This document shows, piece by piece, positions 10,439 to 20,742 of a stretch of 64,000 nt of DNA. Source of the stretch: an uncultured delta proteobacterium (lineage in GTDB: Bacteria; Myxococcota_A; Polyangia; Fen-1088). Every line of letters starts with the position of its first letter. Position 1 is the stretch's first letter. Both the position numbers and the translations under genes were made by a program. Location of the stretch: the NCBI GenBank assembly GCA_963737265.1, contig CAVTRY010000014.1, forward strand, positions 256,001-320,000. The letters run 5' to 3'. Under the pieces are notes generated by a model. It had not been told where the DNA came from, did not search any database, and was given only the letters and a program-made list of their open reading frames with translations.

Positions 10439-11858
10439 ATGAGACGGCCGCTGAAAGAACCGTCGCGCCATGCGAAGAATCTCGGATCTAGCAGAAGAGC
10501 GTCCGCCATGGAAGGCATGACCGCTTCGATCACGCGACTCATCCCCAAGGACGCCGCGATTTTTCGCCAGTCGGGCCGGGGCCGCTTCATCGTCATTCGC
10601 GGACCGGATCGTGGCGAATCGCTGGTCGTGGAGCGAGGCCCCGTGACCTCGGCTCGGCTCGTCGGCGAGGTGCAGCCTGTCCGACCCGACCATTTCGCGC
10701 CGGCATCTTTCGGTCACCCTGGCCGCAAAGTGGCGTCGTCGTGCGCGATCTCGGCTCGACCAATGGTTCGTTCGTCGGCGGCGCGCGCTTTCAAGAATTG
10801 CTGCTCGGTTTCGGGTCCGAGATCCAGATCGGCCAAACCTTGCTCAAGTACCTGCCCGACGAGGAGCACGTCGATGTGGCGCCGGCGGCGAGCGAGCGCT
10901 TCGGCAACATGCTTGGCCGCGATTCCAAGATGCGCCAGGTGTTCAGGCTGCTCGAAGATGTCGCCGCGTACCGACGCGACGGTGCTGCTCGAAGGCGAGA
11001 CCGGCACCGGCAAGGAGCTTCTCGCCGAAGAAATCCATCGCCACAGCCCGCGCTCTGGCAAACCCTTCGTGGCGTTCCGACTGCGCCGCCGAGCCCAGGG
11101 ATACGATCGAATCGGCGCTGTTCGGTCACGTGCGCGGAGCCTTTCCCGGCGCCGTCGTCGATCGCCAGGGCGTCTTTGCCGAGGCCGACGGCGGCACGCT
11201 CTTCCTCGACGAGATCGGCGACCTTGCGCTCGACATGCAGCCCGCTCTCTTGCGTGCGCTCGACAAGCGCACCATTCGCGCCGTGGGCAGGATCGGCCAG
11301 CGCATGGTTTCGGTGCGCGTTGTGGCCGCGACCAAGCGCGACCTGCGAGCGGAAATGGCCACTCGGCGTTTTCGCGAGGATCTTTACTACCGCCTGGCCG
11401 TGATCCGCATCGCCGTGCCGCCCTTGCGCGAGCGCCCCGCCGACGTTGCCCTGCTGGCACAAAGCTTCATCGAGACGTGCGCTAGGCCGCCCGGCTTTTG
11501 CGTCCGCCAACCCGCCCTGGAGCGCCTCGCCCGCCTGCCCTGGCCCGGCAATGTCCGGCAACTGCGCAACGTGATGGAACACGCGTGTGCCGTTTCCCAC
11601 GGCAGCGAGCTCGACCTGACGGATTTTCTCGCCTCGGTCTCGCCCGCATCGCCCGGCATCGGCGCCGCCATCGCGCTCGACAAGCCGTTCAAGGAGGCCA
11701 AAGCCGCCGTCGTCGAGGAATTCGAGCGCGTCTACTTGAAAGCGCTGCTCGAACGCCACGGCGGCAATCTGTCCGCAGCGTCGCGCACCGCGGATTTAGA
11801 CCGCAAGCATGTGCGGGAACTGTTGCGCAAGCACGGATTGAGAGAGGAAACCCAATAG
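10439..11858 (+). CDS. FHA-domain sigma54-dependent activator (bEBP), broken by several frameshifts
   Basis: Pieces in different frames: RDLGSTNG (FHA), [14 protein letters not shown] (GAFTGA variant), [23 protein letters not shown], Fis HTH. Confidence 0.85.
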
Positions 11859-11989
11859 GCCGCCGCCCGAGCTCGCCGAGGTCCGGGGTGGTCTCCGGAA
11901 ATGGCTCGCGGGAATTCTGGCACAAGCTCGCCGAGATACTCAGGTTGCGTGCCTGAGCCGCGGTGCCTGGTTCAAAGGCGATGGCGCGA

Positions 11990-12175
11990 AATAGCCTTTC
12001 TGGCGCCAGGAATCGGCGTCTACGCCAATGACGTGGCAATGCTGGGAGAGCGACGGTGCAGGCGGCGCATGGGAAGACGGATCTCCATTGCTTGTACGCC
12101 AACTTGGTGGTGATGACGGTGGACTTGGATTCGTGGCGCCGGTTAATGATGTTGTAGAGGAGGTCAGCGGAGCGG
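11990..12175 (-). pseudogene. IS21-family IstB helper ATPase C-terminal remnant
   Basis: ADLLYNIINRRHESKSTVITTKLAYKQWRSVFPCAACTVAL; boundaries approximate. Confidence 0.65.
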
Positions 12176-12224
12176 CATCCGCGCACTGGCGCCCGGAGAA
12201 GGCACGGGCCGCCGAGGAGGTTGC

Positions 12225-12992
12225 TCAACTCCGCTTCACGGATGGCGTCACGACCGAATTGAAAGCTTGGTTGAACGTGGCGACTTCGATCGTCTTGGTG
12301 TTCAAATAGTCGTCGAAGTACGCCCAGGACGCCTGCTCGTCGAGGAGCACTTGGGCGGTGAAGACGCGGCTGAAGACTCCGTTTTTCGCGTGTTCGGACC
12401 CGAATAGGCGCAGGGAGACGACGTCGTGGATGCGCGGGTCGGGATAGAAATTGAACTTCAGCTTGAGCGGATCGAGGCCGTGCTCGTGCAACAGCAGATT
12501 CACGTGGGCGGCAGTGTGGAGCATGAATCGGTAAAGGCGCGTATTCGCCACCGGCGAGGCGAGCCGACACCACACGTGATATCCGCGGCCGCTGGCAACG
12601 ACGAGCGTAGCGCAGCCGGTATTGTTCAGTCTTTCCACGAGCGCACGCACGGCCAGCTCGACCTCGGGAATGACGACCGTGTTGTTCGTCGCGTGGTTGT
12701 TGTCCAAATTGAAGCAAAAGGTCGAGTTGATGCGCTTGTCGAAATAGAGGCAGACGTTGCACTCCTTCTCCACGTGAGCGCGAAGCAAATCGTCCATGCG
12801 CGACTCGGAAATATTCGTCAGCTTGTATTTGTGAAGCACGTTGGAAAGGGTGAGCTCGCCGTATTCCAGCTGCATGTCGCCCGCGAGCAGCCTTTCGAGA
12901 AAATCGAAGCCATAGCGTGACATCTCGACCTTCGCCCGGTCCATCGGCAGACCGCGGTAGAAGGCTTTGATCAGACTCACCCGCCAATCCAC
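12225..12992 (-). CDS. Archaeo-eukaryotic primase (AEP)-like protein
   Basis: FCFNLD (motif I-like), SGRGYHVW (motif II), SLRLFGSEH.K (motif III region). Confidence 0.6.
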   Translation of the reverse strand: MDWRVSLIKAFYRGLPMDRAKVEMSRYGFDFLERLLAGDMQLEYGELTLSNVLHKYKLTNISESRMDDLLRAHVEKECNVCLYFDKRINSTFCFNLDNNHATNNTVVIPEVELAVRALVERLNNTGCATLVVASGRGYHVWCRLASPVANTRLYRFMLHTAAHVNLLLHEHGLDPLKLKFNFYPDPRIHDVVSLRLFGSEHAKNGVFSRVFTAQVLLDEQASWAYFDDYLNTKTIEVATFNQAFNSVVTPSVKRS

Positions 12993-13549
12993 GACCGGAC
13001 CTCGGTGAAAGTCTCGAACCCGCGCGCGCCAGCGCCCACGACGGCTCGATTCTGATCGTTGATTGGGTAGTACACCTTCACGCCATAGCGCCCGCCGTAC
13101 TCGATGTTGAACAGGTTGTCGTCGACGAGGATGTCAATGCCCCAGAGCTTGCAGAAAACGATCTTGTTTCCGGCTCTGAAGATTCGATCGAATGGAATGC
13201 CGTTTTCGTCGAGCCAGGTTTTCGTGTGCCGATAGGAGCTTCGCAGATCCCGGTGCGTGCAGATCACGATGCGCCAGCCTTCCCGCTTGAGCCACCGCAT
13301 GAAGTCCACGGCGTCGGCGCGCGCCTTGGCACGTCGATAGCACTCGAGATGAATCTTGGCTCGAAAAAACGAGAACTCGGTGCTGAGAAGATCTTCCACC
13401 TCGGTCGAGCCGTTTCGTATTCTTTGCAGGTACTGCTCGAAGACGGCGGGCGAGACTGCGAACTTTTCGTCGTACTCGAAGCGCGTGCTGCGCAGCGTTT
13501 CGGTGAAGTCATTCAGCGTGTCGTCCAAATCGACCGCAATCGTCTTCAC
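12977..13549 (-). CDS. HAD-superfamily 5'(3')-nucleotidase-like protein
   Basis: IAVDLDDTL (DxD), ICTHR, K, ILVDDN. Confidence 0.85.
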   Translation of the reverse strand: MKTIAVDLDDTLNDFTETLRSTRFEYDEKFAVSPAVFEQYLQRIRNGSTEVEDLLSTEFSFFRAKIHLECYRRAKARADAVDFMRWLKREGWRIVICTHRDLRSSYRHTKTWLDENGIPFDRIFRAGNKIVFCKLWGIDILVDDNLFNIEYGGRYGVKVYYPINDQNRAVVGAGARGFETFTEVRSWIGG

Positions 13550-13720
13550 AGTGGCCGTGCTCCCGCGGCGGCCCGCCGCGCCCCGGCCTTGATGTTGCTG
13601 GCGCTTCGGCCGCTGCTGGTGATGTTCATGGCGTCCTCCGAAAAGCTATCTTGTACCCAGGGGAAAACAAGCCAATCTTTGCGGGGGATGCCGCCAAGGA
13701 CGATGGTTGATGGATTTCTG
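13546..13720 (-). pseudogene. Possible phosphoribosyltransferase C-terminal remnant
   Basis: KDWLVFPW resembles the type I PRTase C-terminal motif; its stop overlaps the HAD start (GTGA); no PRPP-loop upstream. Confidence 0.4.
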
Positions 13721-13851
13721 GACAGCAAGGGTTCGATCACTACCCGAGATCCTGGGGAGGCTCGATGCGAAGGACACATCGCAGCCGAGTCGGCAGGAGC
13801 GGCGCCACACGCTCACCGTCGGTGTTACGACGCTCTATCGATCCAGCACGT

Positions 13852-15430
13852 TTACTGCACCATGAGGTACATCTCGCTGGCGGCGAGAACGAGGGCGCCG
13901 ACGCCGTAGTCGTGGGTCTCAGTGGCCGCGGCGGCCGCGGGTGAGCTTCCCGTGGCCTGAATGTAGCCGACCCGGCCCTGCGAATCCACGCAGCTCACAA
14001 GACCGTTCCAAGCCGCGACCACGACCGGCCGATAGGTTGCCTTGTCGAGCAATCCCTGGTTGATCCCGTAGGCGATGGCGTAGCTGATGAGGCCCGTGCC
14101 GCTGACCTCGGGATTGTCGTATTTCGTCGGGTGCGTGAGATCCGCGTGCCAGGTACCGTCGGCCTGTTGATAAGGCACGATGGCGGCAGCCATGGACTTG
14201 AGCAAGCTGACGTAGGCATCGTGGCTGGGATCGCTGGGTGGAAGGTATTGCAGGACACGCACGATGCCCGCCATGACCCAACCATTGCCGCGCGACCAGT
14301 AGACGGTTCCATTGACGAACGAGGAGTCCCGCCAAAACAACCCCGTCTTGGTGTCGAGGAGACCGACCAGCGTGGCTGACCACATGGTGTCGAGAAAACT
14401 GTAGTACGTGTTCTGTCCCGTGATCGTGCCTAAGCGAGAAACCACTCCGGGCGCCATGAACAGAGCATCGCACCACCACCAATCGTCGACATTCTGAACG
14501 ATTCCCGGCATCGGGCTCGCGACCATGGCGTCGATGCTGGTCTTGGTTTTCGCAACCATGGTCGTGTTGGCGGCGATGGGATTGGTCAGGTAGATGTCCT
14601 CGTAGACTTGGCCCGCGCACTGATTGTCGGCGCTTCGCGTGGGCGAGCCTAGCAACGTCCACCGGTTGGTCGTGGCCCACGCGGTGGCATCGCCGAGATA
14701 GGTCGAATCGGTGGTGGCCAGATAGGCGGCCATCACGCCGATGTAGAAGGTGGCCTCGGTCCATTTGTTGACCCAGGAGGGGATCCTCTGGCCCGAGCTG
14801 GATTTCATAGGGGATTACCTTCTTCAAGATGGCCAGAATGTCGGCGGCCGCGGGCAGCCCGGCCGTCGAGCCGCGCGCGCCCGAACTTCCGCCGGTACCG
14901 GTCGCGCCGCCCGAGCTTCCGCCGGTTCCAGTGGTGCCGCCCGTGAGCGTTGTCTGCCCACCCGTTCCCGGTGCGCCGCCGCCGCCGGTTGCGCCGCTCG
15001 CACCAGCCTTGCCGCCTGCGCCACCTCTGCCGATCGTGCTGCCCACGTTCCCGCCACTCGTGACGGAACCGCCGGAGCCCACAGAACCACCCGTACCTGA
15101 TTGGGTCGAGGTCCCAGAGTCAGCCACTCCGCCCGCGCCGCTGACACCACCCGAGCTGGAGCTTTCCCCCGTACCGATCACTCCGCCCGATCCCGTCGCG
15201 CCACCGCCTGACCGCGTCGCCCCGGTTCCGACCACGCCACCAACGACTGCGGTTTCGTTGTTGTCGACCGCAGCGTCGGCTGCTCCCGTGTTTTCCGTCC
15301 GATTCGAGGAACTACAGCCGATGGTCCAACCAGCCGTGAAGCAAGCCACAGCCAGCAAGACACGCAGAGTCGCCGATTGCCGTACCGAAGAGACCTCGCG
15401 AGCCCTCGCTACCTTGTCTTCTTTTGCCAT
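13852..15430 (-). CDS. GH88/GH105 unsaturated glycosyl hydrolase lipoprotein with Gly/Thr/Ser linker (one frameshift near 14790)
   Basis: WWWCDALFMAP, YWSRGNGW, EVSGTG, YGVGALVLA; lipobox-like TIGC followed by a GGxGG linker. Confidence 0.88.
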
Positions 15431-15810
15431 GAGGATCCCTTCGTGAGCCCTCGCTACGTTGTCTTTTTATGAGGATTCCGGTGCGAGGTTTGGTTACTAT
15501 CATGGCCGACTCCATCGTGGTCCTTGCATGCAACCGCCTCTCGGGGCACGTTGGCTTGGGACGAGTAGCATTCCTCCCGCTTCACAACACCACGCCAGGT
15601 TTCCGGCGAGATAGATTGAAGTCGGCAGTCGATTGGGTCATCTGGTCATCGTCACGCAATTGTTGGTACTGGAGCGCTCACCCAAGCCCGCCTCAACTTC
15701 GCCCGCGCCCGCTACGAATACGCGCTTGCGCGCGTGAGCTTGGCTCGCGCGCCAGCCGAGTAGAGCACACAGCGCGCGGGTCATGGCGCGCGTTGACGAA
15801 TCTCGGTTCC

Positions 15811-16238
15811 TCATCGAGATCGCCACTTTGGGTTGGCACCCATCTCCGTTCGCAACCCCTTTCGTACGGTCTTAATGCGCTCGAAGTCCTCATCGCTATG
15901 TAGAAGGGTGGCCTCGGCCTCGATGGCGTGGGCGGCGATATGGCAATCCACGCTGCTCCTGACGGTGAGCCCGCGACGGCGGCAGTCGAAAAAGATGCGG
16001 GCTGCTTCCCAATGCAGCGCCGCAGGATCCACCGGCACGGCGAGTTGCTGCAAAAACAGATGCGCGCGCAACAGCCGCCATTCCTTTTCGTCGTGCGCCC
16101 CCTGCATGACCTCTTGGCAACACACGAGGGGAATAGCGAATGACGTATCGTCCGCCTCTAGACGGGCAGGATTTCGGCAGCGGGGGTATTCCTTCCGCGA
16201 AGAAAATCGATCAGAACCGAGGTGTCGACCAGGATCAT
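15811..16238 (-). pseudogene. vapC: VapC PIN toxin, frameshifted
   Basis: MILVDTSVLIDFLRG, then in a shifted frame QEVMQGA...SVDCHIAAHA...LLHSDEDF. Confidence 0.8.
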
Positions 16239-16305
16239 CGGCGCGCGGACCGCGCCGCCTTGTAGTCGTAGCCTGGTGCAAACCGGATCTTGCCCCTAAG
16301 CTCGG
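16235..16305 (-). pseudogene. VapB antitoxin C-terminal remnant
   Basis: LRGKIRFAPGYDYKAAR* with ATGA overlap onto vapC; N-terminus absent. Confidence 0.55.
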
Positions 16306-16377
16306 CTGGGGCAAGCCGGTGAGTAGGGCACGCCAGGCGTCCAACAGGACACCGGGACCGCCCCCAGCGCTGGCTTA

Positions 16378-18111
16378 TCAAAGTGGCGGGTATGCGTTCT
16401 TCATCAGCTCCTGGAACTGTGCCGAAAACCACGCGCCGGACAGCGGTGCGTTTGGCAGTGCGCCGGACAAGTTGTTGCCGTTGCGGGCGTTGCCGGTGTA
16501 GGTCGGATCGCACATCCTGTCGAAGCCCTTGCCCTGGTCGTTCGCGATGAGCGAGCTGGCGCCGTCGGATTCGCCCGGCGGCTTGACCCAAACGTAGGCG
16601 TGGATGCCGTTGGCGCCGACGGCTTTGGGGCGTTCGCCAAGACCCGCGCCGCTTTGGTTGCACCAGTTGCCGAGGTGGATCCGTCGATCGATCCGCGACG
16701 CGTTGATCATGGTATTCACGTCGGTGGCTGTGCTTGCGGCGGTCGGCCGGCTCGCCCCGCCCCACCCGTTGCGGGAAGTGTCGATCAGCATGCCGATGTT
16801 GGAATTGAAACCAGCCGAGATCAGGCGCGCTCGAAATGCAACGGCGAAGCTCTGTTCGTCGACGTAGCTGTTCCAGTCGATCCACTTGGACTGCCGGGTC
16901 GCATCGGTCACTGTGATGAAGGGCTCGACCAAGGCCGAGTAGTTGGCGGTGTTGGTGATGAATCCCGTCACCGTATTGAAACCGCCAACCGCGCTCTTTG
17001 CCGCGGTCGCCATCAGATCGGCCGTCGCGCCGAAGTTGTCGTCCCAACCGATCCAACCGTGGTGTGCGGCGTCGATATAATTGTAGGTATTGGGAAGGGT
17101 GTGCAACTTGCCGAGCGCGTAGCCAATTCCAGCAACATAGTTGCCGTTGGCCTTCATCGTATCGCACATGGGGGTGGCGGTTGCCTTTCCGCCCGTGTTG
17201 GTGACGAGGTTGGGTAGCGAGTCGATCTCGATGATGTTGATGATGCGAAGGTTGATGTACTTCGCGTCGCTCATCAGGAGGGCGATGGGGTCGATGTACT
17301 CGGTCTTGTAGCGCGGTAGATCGGTCGGCCCCAATTCGCCGTTGGAGGCGAGCGCGGCGCAGTCACGGCCGGGCAAGTTGTAGATGACGAACTGGACGTA
17401 GCCTGCGCCCTGGGCAACCGCGGCGTCGAGGTGCGCGCGCAAACCCATGGTGGTGCTGTTACCGGCGATGGCGGCGATGCGATCGAGCCACACCGCCGTC
17501 GGGTTGTTCGACACCCGGCTGCCACCTGCCTCGGCGTCGGCCTTGGCTTTCCAGTCCGGGTTCACGTATCCCGTCACACCCTGGTAGGGATTGTCGAGGC
17601 GGGGAATGGGCGGGCCTGTGTAGGGTGTCACCGTGATGGGGGTGGCGCCGGTGCTTGTCGACGAGGTTCCGGTTGCAGAGGAAGTCGCGGTGGCGCTGCC
17701 CGTGCCAGCCATGGTTCGTGTGGCGACGCCTGTACCTGTGCCCGAACTGGTTTGCGTGACTCCCGGCGTGGTCACCGTGGAGACGAAGGTTCCCGTGGTC
17801 GTCACGGTTTCCGAATTGGTGACGGTTTGGATGTACGTGACCGTGGCCGAGGCCGTGACGGTGCCGGAGATAAGGCCGGTCACGACACCGCTGCCGGACG
17901 TCGTGGCGGTGCTGGTAAGGATCGCAGTGGCGCTCCCGGTGGCCACGGCGGTGACCGCACCCGGCGACGTACCGACGGTCGTAGCCGTTGGAGGCGAAGG
18001 TTTGGCTGCCGCTTGATTGGATTCGTCCTTCGAACAAGCCCCTAGCTGAAGGGCCAGCAAGAGGGTGAAGGGTGCTGTCCATCTCCAAAGTGCGTCTCTC
18101 GTGCTTCCCAT
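16378..18111 (-). CDS. GH6 cellulase/cellobiohydrolase lipoprotein with Thr/Ser-rich stalk
   Basis: VIYNLPGRDCAALASNGE, IEIDSLPN, IDTSRNG, WCN, YVWVKPPGESDG; lipobox LGAC. Confidence 0.95.
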   Translation of the reverse strand: MGSTRDALWRWTAPFTLLLALQLGACSKDESNQAAAKPSPPTATTVGTSPGAVTAVATGSATAILTSTATTSGSGVVTGLISGTVTASATVTYIQTVTNSETVTTTGTFVSTVTTPGVTQTSSGTGTGVATRTMAGTGSATATSSATGTSSTSTGATPITVTPYTGPPIPRLDNPYQGVTGYVNPDWKAKADAEAGGSRVSNNPTAVWLDRIAAIAGNSTTMGLRAHLDAAVAQGAGYVQFVIYNLPGRDCAALASNGELGPTDLPRYKTEYIDPIALLMSDAKYINLRIINIIEIDSLPNLVTNTGGKATATPMCDTMKANGNYVAGIGYALGKLHTLPNTYNYIDAAHHGWIGWDDNFGATADLMATAAKSAVGGFNTVTGFITNTANYSALVEPFITVTDATRQSKWIDWNSYVDEQSFAVAFRARLISAGFNSNIGMLIDTSRNGWGGASRPTAASTATDVNTMINASRIDRRIHLGNWCNQSGAGLGERPKAVGANGIHAYVWVKPPGESDGASSLIANDQGKGFDRMCDPTYTGNARNGNNLSGALPNAPLSGAWFSAQFQELMKNAYPPL

Positions 18112-18488
18112 GAGTTGCCTTTCTTCGCCGGTTGGGAGCAAGCGAGACGCATTGAGAACACCAATCCCTTGAACGGCACGCCCCAGCACACTGAATCCCC
18201 AACACTGGCGGTTCGGAAAAGCGGGATCGGGCTCGGTTGTCTCGGCTGCTCTGTGTGGTTTCTATTCCCACACGCGGAATTCTGGATACTAAATTCGACA
18301 GTCGCGGCGCGAAAAAGCTCATCGCCAAAACCGAGGCGCCCGAGCGCCGGTGCCGAGATGGAGGTCGCGGCCAGGCTCGCCAACGTGCGCGCGATCGCTA
18401 GCGCGCTCGGAACAGGCCAGAGCCGGGCCGCACACCGACGCGTGAGCCTGCTATAATCCTGCGCTTTCACCACGAAGGGAATTCACAC

Positions 18489-19574
18489 ATGATCGGTACA
18501 TTGCGCGTCGGCGTGTTGGGGGCGACAGGTATGGTGGGTCAGCGGTTCTTGGCACTTCTAGAAAATCATCCGTGGTTCAAGGTCACGACCTTGGCCGCGA
18601 GCGCGAGCTCGGCCGGCAAGACCTACACCGATGCCGTCGCCGGACGCTGGGCCATGAAGACGCCAATTCCTGCGGCCGCCGCAAATCTGAAGGTCCTCGA
18701 TGCCTCGGCCATCGAGGATGTCTGCAAGAACGTGGACTTCGTTTTTTGCGCCGTGGACATGCCCAAGGAGGACACCAGGCGCCTGGAAGAGTCCTACGCC
18801 AAGCGCGAGATCTCCGTGGTGTCCAACAATTCGGCCCACCGATCGACGCCCGACGTGCCCATGATGATCCCCGAGATCAACGCCGACCACGCCTCCATCA
18901 TCGTCGAGCAGCGCCGCCGCCTTGGCACCCAGCGCGGCTTTATCGCGGTCAAACCCAACTGCTCGCTGCAAAGCTACGTCCCGGCCATCGACGCCCTCAT
19001 GGCGTTCGGTCCCAAGGACATCTTCGTTTGCACCTATCAGGCGATTTCGGGCGCGGGCAAGACCTTCGCCACCTGGCCCGACATGGTCGACAACGTGATC
19101 CCCTTCATCAAGGGCGAGGAGCAGAAGAGCGAAGAGGAGCCCCTAAAGATCTGGGGCAAGCTGGACGGCGCCAAGATCGTCACTGCCACCCTGCCGCGCA
19201 TCTCTGCCCAGTGCATTCGCGTGCCCGCCAGCGACGGCCACATGGCGGCGGTCTTCGTGCGCTTCGACAAGAAGCCCACGCCCGAGCAAATCATCGCCTG
19301 TTGGAAAAACGCCTCGGGCAGGCCGCAGCAGTTGAAACTGCCCAGCGCGCCCGTGCCGTACTTGACCTATTTCGAGGAAGAAAATCGCCCCCAGACCAAG
19401 CTCGACCGCGACACCGGCAAGGGCATGGGAATCACCATCGGCCGCCTGCGCGCCGACCCGCTGTTCGACTACAAATTCGTTTGCCTGTCGCACAACACGG
19501 TCCGCGGCGCCGCCGGTGGTGCCGTGCTGACCGCCGAGCTGCTGGCGGCGGAGGGGTATATTACGGCGAGGTAG
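18489..19574 (+). CDS. asd: Aspartate-semialdehyde dehydrogenase
   Basis: GATGMVGQ, PNCS, TYQAISGAG, HNTVRGAAGG. Confidence 0.96.
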   Translation: MIGTLRVGVLGATGMVGQRFLALLENHPWFKVTTLAASASSAGKTYTDAVAGRWAMKTPIPAAAANLKVLDASAIEDVCKNVDFVFCAVDMPKEDTRRLEESYAKREISVVSNNSAHRSTPDVPMMIPEINADHASIIVEQRRRLGTQRGFIAVKPNCSLQSYVPAIDALMAFGPKDIFVCTYQAISGAGKTFATWPDMVDNVIPFIKGEEQKSEEEPLKIWGKLDGAKIVTATLPRISAQCIRVPASDGHMAAVFVRFDKKPTPEQIIACWKNASGRPQQLKLPSAPVPYLTYFEEENRPQTKLDRDTGKGMGITIGRLRADPLFDYKFVCLSHNTVRGAAGGAVLTAELLAAEGYITAR

Positions 19575-19596
19575 GGGCACCACCGGCCCGCGCCCG

Positions 19597-20721
19597 CTAC
19601 ATCTCGCGGGCGGCGTGGTGGCGGCTTAGAATCTCGGTCAGCTCGTCGAGCGGAAGCGCAGGCGCGAAGTGATCGGACTGGCCGCGCATGTCTTCGGCCA
19701 TGCACAGGGCGTTCACGATGGCTTCCTCGGTGCATTCGACGACGGCTTCATAGAGGCCGTCGCAGGCGTCATCGAGCAGAACTTCGATCTGGTGGGTCAT
19801 GCCCGAGGTCGCGCGCGGCACCTTGTTGGCGGTGGAAAACCCGATGATGATCTCGCCCGACGCGTGCGCGGCGAACGAGCCGACGCGGCCAATACCGAGC
19901 GCCGCGCGTTTGCACAAGCGGGTGATCTGCGACGGCAGCAAGGGCGCATCCGTGGCCACCACGCAGATGATCGAGCCAGCGTTGCGCACGCGCTTGCCGT
20001 CAGCGGAGAAATCGGGCGCCAGGATTTCCCCGACGGGAACGCCCGAGATGCGCAGCGAGTGCATGACGCCGAAGTTGGACTGCACGAGGACGCCCAGATT
20101 GTAAGTCAGTTGGGAGTCGTCGCTCGTGGCGTGAACCACTACCCGCCGCGAACTGGTGCCGATGCCGGCTTTGAAATCGCACGTGACGAGTCCGGTGCCG
20201 GCGCCGACCGAACCCTCGGCGACGCGACCGCCGCTGGCTTGCTCGATGGCGCGATAGACGTGTTCCGAGCGCACGTGGCGGCCGACGGCGTCGTTGAGCC
20301 ACGAATCGTCGCACTCGCCGACAATGGGGATGATCACGTCGAATTCGTTGCCGATGCCGGGAAAGCGGCGGGTCATCCATTTGACGGTGGCGTCCGACAC
20401 CTTGCCCACCGACATGGTGCTGGTGAGCAGAACCGGGGTTTCGAGCAGGCCCCATTCCACGACCTGGGTCAGTCCCGACACTTCGCCCGCGCCGTTCAGC
20501 ACGAAGGATCCGGCCAGCACGCGTTCCGAAAAGACCGGATCGGGGGGCAAGATCGCGGTGACGCCCGTGCGTACCGGACCTTCCCCGACGACCAAGGGCC
20601 CGTCGCCTTCGATGAGCGTGGTGTGGCCGACGCGTACGCCAGGGACGTCGGTGATGGCATTGCCGGGTCCGGTGGGCACCCGGCCGATGGCGAATCCCAA
20701 ATCGCGAAAGCGCGCGCGCAT
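19597..20721 (-). CDS. DmpA/P1 family aminopeptidase (D-Ala/beta-peptidyl)
   Basis: NAITDVPGVRVGH, VRTGVTAI, VGECDD, FKAGIGTSSR, GSII autocleavage site. Confidence 0.92.
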   Translation of the reverse strand: MRARFRDLGFAIGRVPTGPGNAITDVPGVRVGHTTLIEGDGPLVVGEGPVRTGVTAILPPDPVFSERVLAGSFVLNGAGEVSGLTQVVEWGLLETPVLLTSTMSVGKVSDATVKWMTRRFPGIGNEFDVIIPIVGECDDSWLNDAVGRHVRSEHVYRAIEQASGGRVAEGSVGAGTGLVTCDFKAGIGTSSRRVVVHATSDDSQLTYNLGVLVQSNFGVMHSLRISGVPVGEILAPDFSADGKRVRNAGSIICVVATDAPLLPSQITRLCKRAALGIGRVGSFAAHASGEIIIGFSTANKVPRATSGMTHQIEVLLDDACDGLYEAVVECTEEAIVNALCMAEDMRGQSDHFAPALPLDELTEILSRHHAAREM

Positions 20722-20742
20722 GGCTGACGCCGACCTCGTGGC

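Noticed and set aside
14829-15446. Pro-rich plus-strand ORFs (also 43014-44012)
   Set aside because: Antisense shadows of Gly/Thr linkers in real minus-strand genes
15680-15763. Possible TolC-like C-terminal scrap (NFARARYEYALARVSL); likewise a possible PPTase N-terminal scrap at 50770-50847
   Set aside because: Too short to assign without a search
18112-18480. Riboswitch or CelR-type operator upstream of the GH6 gene
   Set aside because: Only a small hairpin and a half-site (TGGGAGC) are visible; no full consensus
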